Positions 1 through 10,910 of a DNA stretch of 64,000 bases are shown here, in pieces (position 1 is the first letter of the stretch; every line of letters starts with the position of its first letter). The stretch comes from Nitrospirota bacterium (GTDB lineage Bacteria > Nitrospirota > UBA9217): positions 1,120,001 to 1,184,000 of the forward strand of contig CAWFSF010000006.1 of NCBI GenBank assembly GCA_963818475.1, written 5' to 3'. The notes beneath the pieces were generated by a model. That model saw only the letters and a program-made list of their open reading frames with translations, searched no databases and was not told the origin of the DNA. The translations under genes were made by a program, and so were the position numbers.

Positions 1-25
1 GGTTCGAGTCCCGCCACCCGCTCCA
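1..25 (+). tRNA. tRNA 3' end (probably tRNA-Gly), truncated by window start
   Basis: GGTTCGAGTCCC T-arm, acceptor strand CACCCGC, U discriminator and CCA; lies upstream of tRNA-Cys as in common Gly-Cys clusters. Anticodon not visible. Confidence 0.7.
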
Positions 26-32
26 TTTTATT

Positions 33-131
33 CAGTTCAGAGTGCAGAGTTCGGAGTTCGGAGTTTACCATTCGCATCTCGTCACTCTCGACTCCTGTCT
101 TCCTCCTAACTCCCAACTCATAACTCGTAAC
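33..131. repeat. 7-nt-period imperfect palindromic repeat
   Basis: Left arm (GAGTTCG)n-like, right arm (AACTCNN)n-like. Confidence 0.7.
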
Positions 132-139
132 GTACAAGC

Positions 140-215
140 GGCGGCGTAGCCAAGTGGCTAAGGCAGAGGTCTGCAAAACCTTCATTCATCGGTTCAAATC
201 CGATCGCCGCCTCCA
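140..215 (+). tRNA. tRNA-Cys(GCA)
   Basis: GGCGGCG/CGCCGCC acceptor stem, anticodon loop CTGCAAA, GGTTCAAATCC T-arm, U73 and CCA. Confidence 0.96.
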
Positions 216-236
216 ACTTTTCCCGCTAAGCGGGAA

Positions 237-370
237 TGAAATAACAAATTCTAAATAACAAATCCCAAATAATATCCAAATCAAAACTCCAATTTCCGAA
301 ACATTTTGAAACGTTAGAGTTTTAGTTTTGGAACTTATTTGTAATTTGGCGCTTGTAATTTGGTGCTTGT
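237..370. repeat. AT-rich short-period palindromic repeat (copy 1)
   Basis: AAATAACAAAT-like left arm and ATTTGTAATTTGG-like right arm; a related copy lies in inverted orientation at about 13070-13200. Confidence 0.7.
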
Positions 371-375
371 ACCTC

Positions 376-3300
376 ATGATGCCTCATGCCGATTTCGTCC
401 ACCTTCACCTCCACACCGAATACAGCCTGCTCGACGGCGCCAACTCTCTCGATGGACTGATAAAGAAGGCTGTTGAACTGCGCATGCCTGCTGTCGCGGT
501 CACGGACCACGGCAACCTGTTTGCCGCGCTGGATTTCTACCTGAAAGCCACCAAAGCCGGGATCAAACCGATCATCGGGTGCGAGATGTATGTAGCTCCC
601 GGTTCCCGCTTCGAAAAAACCGGAACTGCAAGCCAACACGATGAAAGTTTCTACCACCTCATCCTTCTGGCCCGGAACAAAGCAGGGCTACAAGAACCTC
701 GTCAAGCTCGTTACCAAGGGCTACCTCGAAGGATTTTATTACAAACCCCGCATCGACAAGGAACTGCTCCGTCAGCACAGCGACGGTCTTATCGGCATGT
801 CGGCATGCCTCTCCGGCGAGATCCCCCGTCTTTTGCTCCAGGGGCGGTACGAGGATGCCAAAAAAGCTGCTCTTGATTACCAGAGCATTCTCGGGAGCGA
901 TAACTTTTATTTCGAGCTGCAGGACAACGGCATCCCTGAGCAGGAGCAGGCCAATCGAGAACTGATCCGGCTGTCGGCCGATACGGGCATTCCCCTGGTG
1001 GCGACGAACGACTGCCACTACCTGAACATGGAAGACCACAAGTCCCACGATGCCCTGCTCTGCATCCAGACCGGCAAGATCGTGAAGGACACGAACCGCA
1101 TGAGGTTCTCGTCCGAGACCTTCTATGTGAAGTCTCCCGAGGAAATGAAAAAGGCCTTCGCCTATGTGCCCGAGGCTATTTCGAACACCATCGCCATTGC
1201 CGAGCGCTGCAATCTTGAAATGGAACTTGGCAAGTACCACCTTCCCCACTTTCCGGTGCCCGACGGCGCTACGCGCGAATCCTACATGGCGGAGCTCAGC
1301 CGCACGGGACTGGAAGAGCGGTTCGCGGAGATCGAGGCGGTGCGCGGCGCAGGGAGCATCGACCGCGAGGCATATAAAAAGAGGCTGGAATTCGAGATCG
1401 AAATGCTCGGCAAGATGGGCTTTGCCGGGTACTTCCTGATCGTCTGGGATTTCATCCGGTATGCCAAAGAGCACAACATTCCCGTGGGCCCGGGCCGCGG
1501 CTCAGCTGCCGGCAGCCTCGTTGCCTATTCCCTCCGCATAACGGACCTGGACCCCATTCCCTACAATCTCCTCTTCGAGCGGTTCCTGAACCCCGAGCGC
1601 ATCAGCATGCCTGATATCGACGTGGATTTCTGCATGGACCGCCGTGACGAGGTGCTGAAATATGTGACCGAGAAATACGGACAGGACCATGTGACCCAGA
1701 TCATCACCTACGGCACCATGCTCGCCAAAGGCGTGATCCGCGACGTTGGCCGGGTGCTCGACATACCCTACGCGGAAGTGGACAAGGTCGCCAAGCTGGT
1801 GCCGAATACGCTGGGCATCACGCTTGAAAAGGCCATGGAACAGGAACCGAAGCTCCGGGAACTCAAAAAGGACCCACGCATGGCCGAGTTGATCGAGATC
1901 GCGCTCAATCTCGAAGGACAGGTCAGACATGCGTCGAAGCACGCTGCAGGCGTCGTGATATCCCAGGAGCCGCTTACCGAGTATCTTCCCCTCTTCAAGA
2001 CGCCCAAGGACGAGATCACCACCCAGTTCGACATGAAGGGCGTGGAAAAGATCGGTCTGGTCAAGTTCGACTTCCTCGGCCTGCGCACGCTCACCGTGAT
2101 CCACAAGGCCGTTGAAACGATCAACCAGCGGCTGTCCAAGGCGCCATTAGCCAATACCGAGCAGTTCTCGATCAGCCGCATCCCCTTTGACGACGCCAAG
2201 ACCTATGAGCTCCTGTCGCGCGGTGAGACCGCAGGCATCTTTCAGCTGGAATCCTCGGGAATGACCGACATCGTGGTCAAGATGAAGCCGCAGTGTTTCG
2301 AGGACCTGATCGCCCTGGTCGCACTCTACCGCCCGGGCCCGCTCCAGAGCGGCATGGTGGACGATTTCATCAAGCGCAAAGAAAGGTTCGACCAAGATCA
2401 CCTATGAACTGCCCGAGCTCGAATCGATCCTGAAGGACACCTATGGGGTCATCGTGTATCAGGAGCAGGTGATGCAGATCGCCCGCACCCTGGCAGGCTA
2501 TTCCCTCGGCGGCGCGGACCTGCTCAGACGCGCCATGGGAAAGAAGGACCCCGAGGTCATGGCCAAGGAAAAGGTGCCGTTCCTGAAGGGCGCCGAGAAG
2601 CTGGGGGTCAATCTCAAAAAAGCCGAAGCCATTTTCGACCTCATGGCGAAGTTCGCCGAGTACGGGTTCAACAAGTCCCATAGCGCCGCCTACGCGCTGG
2701 TCTCCTACCAGACCGCCTATCTGAAGGCGCATTATCCGGTCGAGTACATGGCTTCCCTGCTCACGAGCGAAGTCCAGGATACGGACAAGGTGGTCAAATA
2801 TATTTATGCGGTGCGCCAGATGGGCATTACGATCCTGCCGCCGGACGTTAACCAGAGCATGTGGGACTTCACCGTTGTTGAGGCCCATGACCGGGAGAAC
2901 ATAGAACCGGGCAGCAACATCGGTTCGATCCGCTTTGGCCTTGCGGCGGTCAAGAACGTCGGCATTTCCGCGATCGAGGCCATTGTCGAGGCCAGGGAGA
3001 AAAAAGGCCTGTTCACGTCCCTGATGGATTTCTGCAACAAGGTGGATCAGCGAAAAGTGAACCGGCGCGTGATGGAAGCGCTCATCAAGTGCGGGGCCTT
3101 CGACGGCACCGGCAGCCGCCGGGCCCAGATGTTCGAAGGCCTTGATATGGTCATTGACCAGGGCGGCAAGCATCAGGAGCAGGAGTCCATCGGCCAGTTC
3201 AGCATCTTCGGTTCCCTGGAAAGCCAGAAGGAAATAGCGCTGCCCAATGTGCCGGAGTGGAAGGAAAATCAGCTCCTCGCGCATGAAAAGGAGAGCGTCG

Positions 3301-3899
3301 GATTCTATATCAGCGGTCATCCCCTGGCCGCGTTCGAAGCGGACATCAAACGCTACGCCACGGCCACTACCGAAACGCTTGATGGCGTCCAGGACGGCAG
3401 GGAAGTGACGATCTGCGGGATCATTGCCGGAATGAAGATCAAGGTAACGAAGAAGAGCCAGGAAAAAATGGCGATCCTTGATCTGGAGGACCTTTCCGGA
3501 GCAGTGGAAGTGGTCGTGTTCCCCGACCTCTATAAATCTTCCCAGCATCTGCTTCTGACGGATACCCCGCTGATCGTTGCCGGGACGCTCGACAAGAGCG
3601 AACAGGGAAACAAGATCAAGGCCGTGCGTCTGCATCTGCTGACGGAGGTAAAAAAACGCGGAACGACCAGGATGGATATCCGCTTCAGCGCAACGGGCCT
3701 CACGCAGGACGATCTGCTCAAAGTAAAGGACATCCTTCTCCGCTATAAGGGGACGATCCCCGTTTTTCTTCGGCTTCAGAACCCCACCCGCAAGGATTCG
3801 CTCATTTCCGTCGGAAAAGAGGTCCGGGTGAATCCTTCAGAGCAGCTCATCAGCGAGATCGAGGCCGTGCTGGGCGCCGGCGCCGTCTCGCTGGCATAG
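376..3899 (+). CDS. dnaE: DNA polymerase III alpha subunit (apparent frameshifts near 680 and 2385)
   Basis: PHP motif HLHLHTEYSLLDG, GPGRGSAAGS, PDIDVDF, YGFNKSH and a C-terminal OB fold, spread across three ORFs. Confidence 0.96.
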
Positions 3900-3984
3900 C
3901 AGGCGTTATCACAACGGTCTGTACAGTGACGCCCTGCTGCATGTTCGACTCCGCTGCAGATATGACCAAGGTTCTGTCAGATCT

Positions 3985-4359
3985 ATGATGAAAAAATTTC
4001 AGGACCTGGTTACCTTCACGGAGCGTGATGTAGAGGAAGCTCTCAGGAGAAATGTAGATGACGAGATCTCCTTGGTGCCGCTCACGATCGCACTTGCTAC
4101 GAACGATCCTGCCTTTGCGCAGCAGGTCTGCCTGAAGCTTGCTGCAGACCATCGGCCCGTGGTGCGCGGCAATGCCCTCGTCAGCCTGGGCCATCTTGCC
4201 AGGCGATTTCGCAGCCTGGAAGAGCTGCCGGTCAAGAGGGTCATCGAAGCCGGGCTTGTCGATAAAGATGAGTATGTACGGCTTTCGGCTAAATCTGCGG
4301 CTGATGAAATACACCAATTCCTTGGATGGGCCTTTGAGAACCATGTCTACGGTATTTGA
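3985..4359 (+). CDS. Hypothetical HEAT-repeat-like helical protein
   Basis: 124-aa ORF with VRGNALVSLGHL and YVRLSAKSA HEAT-like segments. Confidence 0.6.
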   Translation: MMKKFQDLVTFTERDVEEALRRNVDDEISLVPLTIALATNDPAFAQQVCLKLAADHRPVVRGNALVSLGHLARRFRSLEELPVKRVIEAGLVDKDEYVRLSAKSAADEIHQFLGWAFENHVYGI

Positions 4360-4436
4360 TCGCAGCATTGTTCCTGACCCCATCGCTCATACACTTCGAC
4401 ATTCGACTTTGAATCATTGACCATAATGGAGGGTTC

Positions 4437-5117
4437 ATGAGTAGCATTAAAGATTTTTTTGAACAGTTCGCCCTGATTTCGCTTGAAAAGCAGGCAAAAT
4501 TCGATCGGCTCACCGGCGAGCATTTTGCTGAATTCGATATAGATGCAGGCCTACTGAAAATCGATAATGATCTTGTATTTCCGTTTCAGGTACTTGGTAC
4601 GCAGTCAGATAATACCCTCACGTGGCTGTGGGCGTGGTCCGAAGAACATGCGGATGTTCAACCTGAACTGCTGGCAGCGGCACTGAAACTGAAGGACTGG
4701 GGATCGAAACAAGGCGTTGAAGAGTTCTGCCTGCCCGAGGTTGATATTGAGCGTGCCGACGGAATGATGATCTCGCTGATCGCGGCCGAAGTATGCAAAG
4801 CCAGCTGCTACTACCGGGACGCCTATGAGGGGGGCGCGGCGTTCGTGCTGCTCTCCGGAGCGGGTATTGACCGTCAGCCGGATTTCGAACTGTCCGGACT
4901 CCTGATATCCTTCACTGATATCGCCTCACGCTATGAACTTAACCACCGGAACACATTGCTGTCCTACCTCCGGATGAAGGGCCTTCCCTTTGTAGAGGAT
5001 GGCGCCATGATCACCGGCAAGCTCGAATCCGGAGAGGAGATCCGGATGGAATTCGGCGGCAGCGGCATCATCGTGTCGCTGAACGGAGAATCCTTTTCTC
5101 TTCAACAGTCCCTCTGA
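4437..5117 (+). CDS. DUF6882-like protein
   Basis: GGAGG RBS; QVLGT..TWLWAWS and YYR.AY.GG motifs. Confidence 0.65.
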   Translation: MSSIKDFFEQFALISLEKQAKFDRLTGEHFAEFDIDAGLLKIDNDLVFPFQVLGTQSDNTLTWLWAWSEEHADVQPELLAAALKLKDWGSKQGVEEFCLPEVDIERADGMMISLIAAEVCKASCYYRDAYEGGAAFVLLSGAGIDRQPDFELSGLLISFTDIASRYELNHRNTLLSYLRMKGLPFVEDGAMITGKLESGEEIRMEFGGSGIIVSLNGESFSLQQSL

Positions 5118-5313
5118 TAATGCTTACGAGAAGCTCGTGCCGTGGCTTAAGATGCCTGTGCTCTGGGGCTGCACCTCGTCTGATGCCGGAAATAATGGAC
5201 AGTGCATCGAGGGGTTGGATGGAGTGATCTCTCTGGCGCGCATCCCTTACCATTGCAAGGGCATTTGTGACGGATGACAGAAGTTCCCGCTTATCGTCAA
5301 CAGCAACGATCCG

Positions 5314-7101
5314 TCAGCCCGGCGAAATCGCTGGGGTCGGTGTATGGACTGGCCCCGCCGCTTGAAGCTCGTTCGGATATTCCCCCTTCGGGAGATATAT
5401 CTCGAACGTCGTTCCCTCCCCCTCCCTGCTCTGGACCAGGATCTCACCGGCATGGCTTTTTACTATGCCATACACCATGGCAAGACCCAAACCGGTCCCC
5501 TTTCCCTCAGGCTTAGTAGTAAAGAACGGAACGAAGACCTTGTCCAGGATCTCGCGGGGAATGCCGGTTCCTGTATCTCGAACGGCGAGCACCACATAGC
5601 TGCCTGGAGCCGGGGAAGGAAACACCGGGGGAGCATCAGCCTCCAGCTCTTTGACAGCTGTGGTGAGGGTTATCGTGCCGCCTTCATGCATGGCATCCAT
5701 GGCGTTCATCACGAGGTTCGCGATGACCTGCTCCAGATGGATGCTGTCGCCGCTGATCATCGGCAGGTCCGGGGCGAGCAGCACCTGCACAGTAATATTC
5801 CGGTCGAGCAGCGCCGGTCCAAGCAGTTCAGCAGTATCCAGTACGACGGAGTTCAGATCCGTCGGTACGAGCGTCAGGCTCTTCTTGCGCGCAAAGCTGA
5901 GAAGTTTTGATACCATCTGTCCGGCACGCCAAGCCGCTTCCTCTATGGTCTTTATCCTGCGCTTTCCGAACTCGTCGGTGACCGCATGTCGCCGCAGCAC
6001 TTCAGTGTGGCCGAGAATGCCTGTCAGGACGTTATGGAAATCGTGGGCGATGCCGCCTGCGAGAACGCCCAGTGACTCCATCTTCTGGGACTGCAGCACC
6101 TGTTCCTGCAGTTTCATCTTTTCGGTGATGTCCCGGTAAAAGGACTGGATATACGGTACACCGCCGATGACGATCGATCGCGAGCTGATCTCGAGCAGGA
6201 CCCTGGTCCCGTCCTTGCGGTAATGCTCGGCCTCGTAGACGAGGGATTCGTTGTTCAGCATCCTCCTGAACCGCTCATCGATCTCGCCTCCGACCTTCTC
6301 GATCTCTATGAGCCGGATGCTGGTTCCGAGGACTGTTTCCTGCTGAAAGCCATGAAGTTCGCAAAAACGGTGGTTCGCATCGGTTATGTTACCGTTCCGG
6401 TCAAGCACCGCGATCCCGTCGTTAGCGTTGTCGAAGAACGCGCGGTATTTCTGCTCTGATATCTCCAGCGCCCCTGTTTTTTCCACGACCTGGTCCTTCA
6501 GGCTGCTGGAATACAACTCGAGCGTTCGCTTGTCGTCGGAGAGTTCCGCCCTGAGCTGCAGTTCCGTGACGATCAATTTCTGGTTGTAATATCTGAGGAG
6601 CAGGCCGATGACGAGGGTGGATATCAGGAACGCGTTATTGCTCACGAACACACCGCTGGTGATGTTTTCCGTGAGCATGATCGGCACGACATATATCCCG
6701 TAGATGATTCCTACGAGAATGAATGACAAGGATACGCTGAACGGCACAAAACCCAGGCAGCAAATCGCCAGGATGAGCATGGCTGCATAGTAGGGTGAGC
6801 TCTGTCCACCGCTCTGGAGAACAGCGAGTTCGACCGTAATGGCGCACAGGGCCGTACCGGTGATAGCGATGCCGTACTGGTAGACCTTGCTTAGCTTCAG
6901 CTGGTTGAGATAATAGAGGATAATAAGGGCTGCTGATATGGCAAGACGATAGACCATGAAGCGCTTAAAGTTATCGACTGATATGAAGTAGTCCATGAAT
7001 TCCAGGACGGGAAAGAGAATGGCGCCCATGATGAGGACCGTGCCGATCCAGTCCTGCGTCAGCTTTAGGAGGTGGTTTTTCGGAGAAAAGCGCTGTTCCA
7101 T
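5314..7101 (-). CDS. Membrane PAS-domain sensor histidine kinase
   Basis: N-terminal TM helices, PAS, LAGGIAHDFHN H-box, NAMDAM N-box, DTGTG, PFFTTK, GTGLGL. Confidence 0.93.
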   Translation of the reverse strand: MEQRFSPKNHLLKLTQDWIGTVLIMGAILFPVLEFMDYFISVDNFKRFMVYRLAISAALIILYYLNQLKLSKVYQYGIAITGTALCAITVELAVLQSGGQSSPYYAAMLILAICCLGFVPFSVSLSFILVGIIYGIYVVPIMLTENITSGVFVSNNAFLISTLVIGLLLRYYNQKLIVTELQLRAELSDDKRTLELYSSSLKDQVVEKTGALEISEQKYRAFFDNANDGIAVLDRNGNITDANHRFCELHGFQQETVLGTSIRLIEIEKVGGEIDERFRRMLNNESLVYEAEHYRKDGTRVLLEISSRSIVIGGVPYIQSFYRDITEKMKLQEQVLQSQKMESLGVLAGGIAHDFHNVLTGILGHTEVLRRHAVTDEFGKRRIKTIEEAAWRAGQMVSKLLSFARKKSLTLVPTDLNSVVLDTAELLGPALLDRNITVQVLLAPDLPMISGDSIHLEQVIANLVMNAMDAMHEGGTITLTTAVKELEADAPPVFPSPAPGSYVVLAVRDTGTGIPREILDKVFVPFFTTKPEGKGTGLGLAMVYGIVKSHAGEILVQSREGEGTTFEIYLPKGEYPNELQAAGPVHTPTPAISPG

Positions 7102-7246
7102 GGGTTTGATTATAAACTAATTTAATTGTAAAATACAATAAATTCTGCATACCACTAGTTCCCAGGCTGTTGTTGTCACCCTTGACAAGATGAGCTTATT
7201 CACGGTATTCTGCGACATCAATCAAACTGCTGAGGAGTTACAGGAC

Positions 7247-8035
7247 ATGCATCTGCTCGACATCCTTGAAAGAAAATTCCGCCGCTATGCTATTCCGAAC
7301 ATCACCATTTATCTTATCGCAGGCCAGGTGCTTTTTTTTATGTTCGCCGTGTCAGGCCGGTTCATTCTCGAGCGCGTTCTCCTCATTCCCGAACTTGTTC
7401 TGGCGGGCGAATGGTGGAGGCTGATCACCTTTCTGTTCATTCCACCGATAAAGAATCCGATCTTTGCTTTTTTTGCCTGGTATCTGTTCTATCTCATGGG
7501 TGGCGCTCTGGAAGGCCACTGGGGCGCTTTCCGATACAATGTCTTTCTGCTGGTCGGCTATATCGTGACCGTAGCTGCATCGTTTCTTATGCCGATGTTC
7601 CCGGCAACAAACGTATTCATCGGCGGTTCTGTGTTTCTTGCTTTTGCCTTTCTCTATCCCGACTTTGTTTTATATATCTTATTAATTCTCCCGGTAAAGA
7701 TCAAATGGCTGGCGCTGCTCACCTGGATCGGCTATGCTTATCAGGTCCTGTTTGGAAGCTGGTCAACGCGGCTGCTCGTGCTCGCTTCTATCAGCAACTT
7801 TCTCCTGTTTTTCGGCAAGGACATATACTGGAGGATGAAAACGGGGAAAAAACGCATGGCAACACAGGTCAGGGAATATTCCGGAAAGAAGGAAGCCTTC
7901 CATACCTGCGCGGTCTGCGGCATCACCGACCTGTCCAATCCGGCGATGGAGTTCCGGTATTGCCAGGATTGCGGCGGGCAGGGATACTGCACTGACCATA
8001 TCTTTAATCACGAGCATGTAAAAAAAGGGAAATAG
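7247..8035 (+). CDS. Membrane protein (rhomboid/Der1-like) with C-terminal Zn-binding motif
   Basis: GEWWRLITFLF, several TM segments, CAVCG...CQDC...YC..H. Confidence 0.75.
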   Translation: MHLLDILERKFRRYAIPNITIYLIAGQVLFFMFAVSGRFILERVLLIPELVLAGEWWRLITFLFIPPIKNPIFAFFAWYLFYLMGGALEGHWGAFRYNVFLLVGYIVTVAASFLMPMFPATNVFIGGSVFLAFAFLYPDFVLYILLILPVKIKWLALLTWIGYAYQVLFGSWSTRLLVLASISNFLLFFGKDIYWRMKTGKKRMATQVREYSGKKEAFHTCAVCGITDLSNPAMEFRYCQDCGGQGYCTDHIFNHEHVKKGK

Positions 8036-8237
8036 AACAGGAAAACGCATGTAGACGTGTTTCCTAAAACGGTAACGAGAAAACATCGTTCAGGGAGAAA
8101 AACAAAGCTGCGGGAGGTCTCTCTTCAGCTTTAGCTTTTTGAGCGATGACGTTCGTGAGGGGTGAGGTGAATGGTGAGCTGACCGGATGGTTCGACATCC
8201 GGCAAGAGGAGTGTTGGGAAAAGTGATGGTCGCGCGA

Positions 8238-9660
8238 TCAGGCAGAATTCTTTACCGGTATCTTGATCCGCTGTCCGATGCTGAGAAGTCTTCCGCGCCG
8301 AAGGTTGTTCACTTCCATGATCTTATTTATGCTCGTCCGGTAGCGAAGTGCCAGGAGCGATAGCGTCTCGCCGCGTCTCACGCGATGAACGACATATTCC
8401 ACCTGCGGAGGTGACCATTTCGGCATGGTCGTCGAGGCTGGCAAGCAGCGCTTCGCCTTTGCCGGGAGGCACGCGGAGCGAATAGCTGATATTCGGCGTT
8501 GCATCACGACGCAGTTCCGGGTTCAACGCAGAGAGTTCACCCGGATCGATGCTGAGTTTCACTGCTATATCGCTTAATTGCACCGGCCGTTCGATCGTCA
8601 CCGTTTCGTACGGCAGCGGCTGGTCCAGTTCCTCCAGCGAGAAGCCATATTGCGCAGGATTGTTGATGATGGACAGCACAGCAAGGAATCGAGGAACATA
8701 CCGAGCTGTCTCGCGCGGCAACCGCTCATAGAAGTCCCAGAAATTATCGAGATAATTGACCTTCTGGTTCCGGATAACGCGGGCGACTGATCCTTCTCCG
8801 CAATTATATGCTGCGAGAACGGTTGACCAGTCACCGAACATCTGATGGAGCTCTTTAAAGTAGGCAATGGCCGCTGCTGTGGCTTTATCGGGATCGAGCC
8901 GCTCGTCGATCCAGGCATTTCTTTTGAGGCCGAACTTGTATCCGGTGGAAGGGATGAACTGCCAGAGGCCGAAGGCACGGGCACGGGATAATGCCCTGGT
9001 CTTGAACCCGCTTTCGATGAGCGGCAACCATGACAGCTCTTCGGGCAGTCCGGCTTCTTTCAATGCCTGTGCCATGTTGTTACGATATCTGCCGGAGCGT
9101 TTATAGGATTCCAGAAAGAAATCGCGTTCCACGGTCTGGAAAGACTGGATCTCACGCGTTACATGATTGTTCACCACCATGGGGATGGCATTATAACTCC
9201 CCTTGACCGTGGTCTGCTGGGAAGCATACATCTCCATGATCCTTTTAGAGATCGTGAACCGGAGGTCTTCTTTTTGCTGGGAGAGCTTTTGGCTGTTGGG
9301 AACCTTTAAAATAAGCGCATAGGCCTGATCAAGGGATTCGATCGCCTGGTCCATGTCGTTGTCTTCCCAGTACTCCTGGGCGGTTTCGGTAAGTTCCAGG
9401 GCCGTATCGAGGAGGCCCTGTTCGTCATCGGCCGAATAGGCCCTGCCTGCGCTCTTTTCTTCCGATGCCTCCGCCTCTGCTATAGCATCTAATTGTGTGT
9501 CATTGGTCCTGGATTCGGTCAACTGAGGTGAGGACGGTCCATCCTGCGTTTGGGCGGCCATTGCCGGTGTGATAGCAACCCCAGGCGAGTTTTGGGCTGC
9601 GCAGCCGAACATGGTCATAACAAGAGAAAGTACGAAAATAGGGCGAAAGGATGAGTTCAT
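8238..9660 (-). CDS. mltD: MltD-like lytic transglycosylase lipoprotein with LysM (frameshift near 8410)
   Basis: Lipobox MFGC, LIESGF, GLWQF, AAYNCG, LPRETARYVP, LysM VRRGETLS. Confidence 0.88.
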
Positions 9661-9815
9661 AATTGGTAATACTAAACGATGAAAATAAATAATGCAACAA
9701 CTATTTGGCCCCGTCTTGATATAAAGCAATTTTTATCGTATAAAGAACTGAGGTCCATGGTTATGCCGGATAGCAGGGGCGATTGGTGCTCAGAAAAGCG
9801 TGCAGGGTGGTGGCG

Positions 9816-10418
9816 ATGAAAAGAATGGGACTTCAGATTCGATCAGCAGGATTCGTGCTGGTGCTGGTATGCGCGGCTTTCACTGCATGTCATGCGCCTC
9901 GATCCGCCCCCCTCCCCCCCATTGAAAGACCATCAAAGCCTGAGGTGCGTTCCACAGAGCTTGAGAAGCGCATTCATGTCCTGGTCAATGGAGAACGAAA
10001 AAAACATGGTCTTTCACCGCTCGCATGGAATGATGCCCTCTCCGGCATTGCGCGTAAACACAGCACTGACATGGCCCAAAGAGGTTATTTCAGCCACATT
10101 TCTCCTGATGATCATGACTTTTCCTATCGGTACAAAAAGGAAGGGTATCAGTGCGCAGTCCGCGGCCGGGGAAATGCCTACTACACCGGTGGGGAAAATA
10201 TCTTTCAAAATAATCTTTACGACCGGGTCCTGATCAGTAACGGTGTCAGGCATTTTGACTGGAACTCTGCGGACAGGATCGCTGAAACGACTGTTGACGG
10301 CTGGATGAAAAGCCCGGGGCACCGGAAGAATATTCTGATGCCCTATTGGGCCAGTGAAGGCATTGGTGTTTCAATCTCACCTGAGGGGAAAGTGTACATT
10401 ACGCAAAATTTCTGCTGA
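9816..10418 (+). CDS. CAP/SCP-domain lipoprotein
   Basis: Lipobox FTAC, HSTDMA...YFSH, GENI, WMKSPGHRKNIL. Confidence 0.88.
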   Translation: MKRMGLQIRSAGFVLVLVCAAFTACHAPRSAPLPPIERPSKPEVRSTELEKRIHVLVNGERKKHGLSPLAWNDALSGIARKHSTDMAQRGYFSHISPDDHDFSYRYKKEGYQCAVRGRGNAYYTGGENIFQNNLYDRVLISNGVRHFDWNSADRIAETTVDGWMKSPGHRKNILMPYWASEGIGVSISPEGKVYITQNFC

Positions 10419-10435
10419 TACCCACCACTATCCTT

Positions 10436-10822
10436 TTATCCTTTGCAGGCTATAAAATCCATCTCAACGGCAACATCCTTGGGAAGGCGCGAGACTTCGA
10501 CGGTGGCACGCGCCGGCGGGTCGACCGGAAAATAGCTGCCGTACACCTCGTTCACGGCAACGAAATCAGACATGTTCTTCAGATAGATCGTTGCCTTGAC
10601 AACATCCGACATGGCGCAGCCTGCAGAAGTAATGATAGCTTTTGCGTTCTCCATGACCAGTTTTGCCTGCGTTTTTATGTCCGATTGGACGACTTCGCCG
10701 GTCTTCGGGTCGATCGGTATCTGGCCCGATATAAAGACCAGGCCGCCTGCTTTTACCGCCTGAGAATAAGGGCCGATTGCTTTAGGAGCACTATCTGTTG
10801 CAATGATCTCTCGTACCACCAT
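10436..10822 (-). CDS. ridA: RidA family enamine deaminase
   Basis: [29 protein letters not shown]. Confidence 0.93.
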   Translation of the reverse strand: MVVREIIATDSAPKAIGPYSQAVKAGGLVFISGQIPIDPKTGEVVQSDIKTQAKLVMENAKAIITSAGCAMSDVVKATIYLKNMSDFVAVNEVYGSYFPVDPPARATVEVSRLPKDVAVEMDFIACKG

Positions 10823-10910
10823 AACCTCCACCAATTGATTAGATAATACTCGTAAATATTTGAGATATTTAGCGTATCATGTATTAAAGTAAGCCATTAG
10901 GGCTGCAGCC

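Noticed and set aside
2370-3635. Long antisense ORFs (also 659-1474, 35028-36134, 47045-47947 and others)
   Set aside because: Shadow frames of GC-rich genes, with no recognisable motifs.
376-3899. Split dnaE, intein or programmed frameshift
   Set aside because: No intein motifs, the pieces are contiguous, and similar indels occur throughout the window.
5314-5316. Selenocysteine read-through of the kinase TGA
   Set aside because: The position is not a Cys-equivalent catalytic site, no SECIS-like hairpin was evident, and the downstream domain is degenerate.
8150-8185. GTGA-rich short repeats between convergent genes
   Set aside because: Too short, with no complementary arm.
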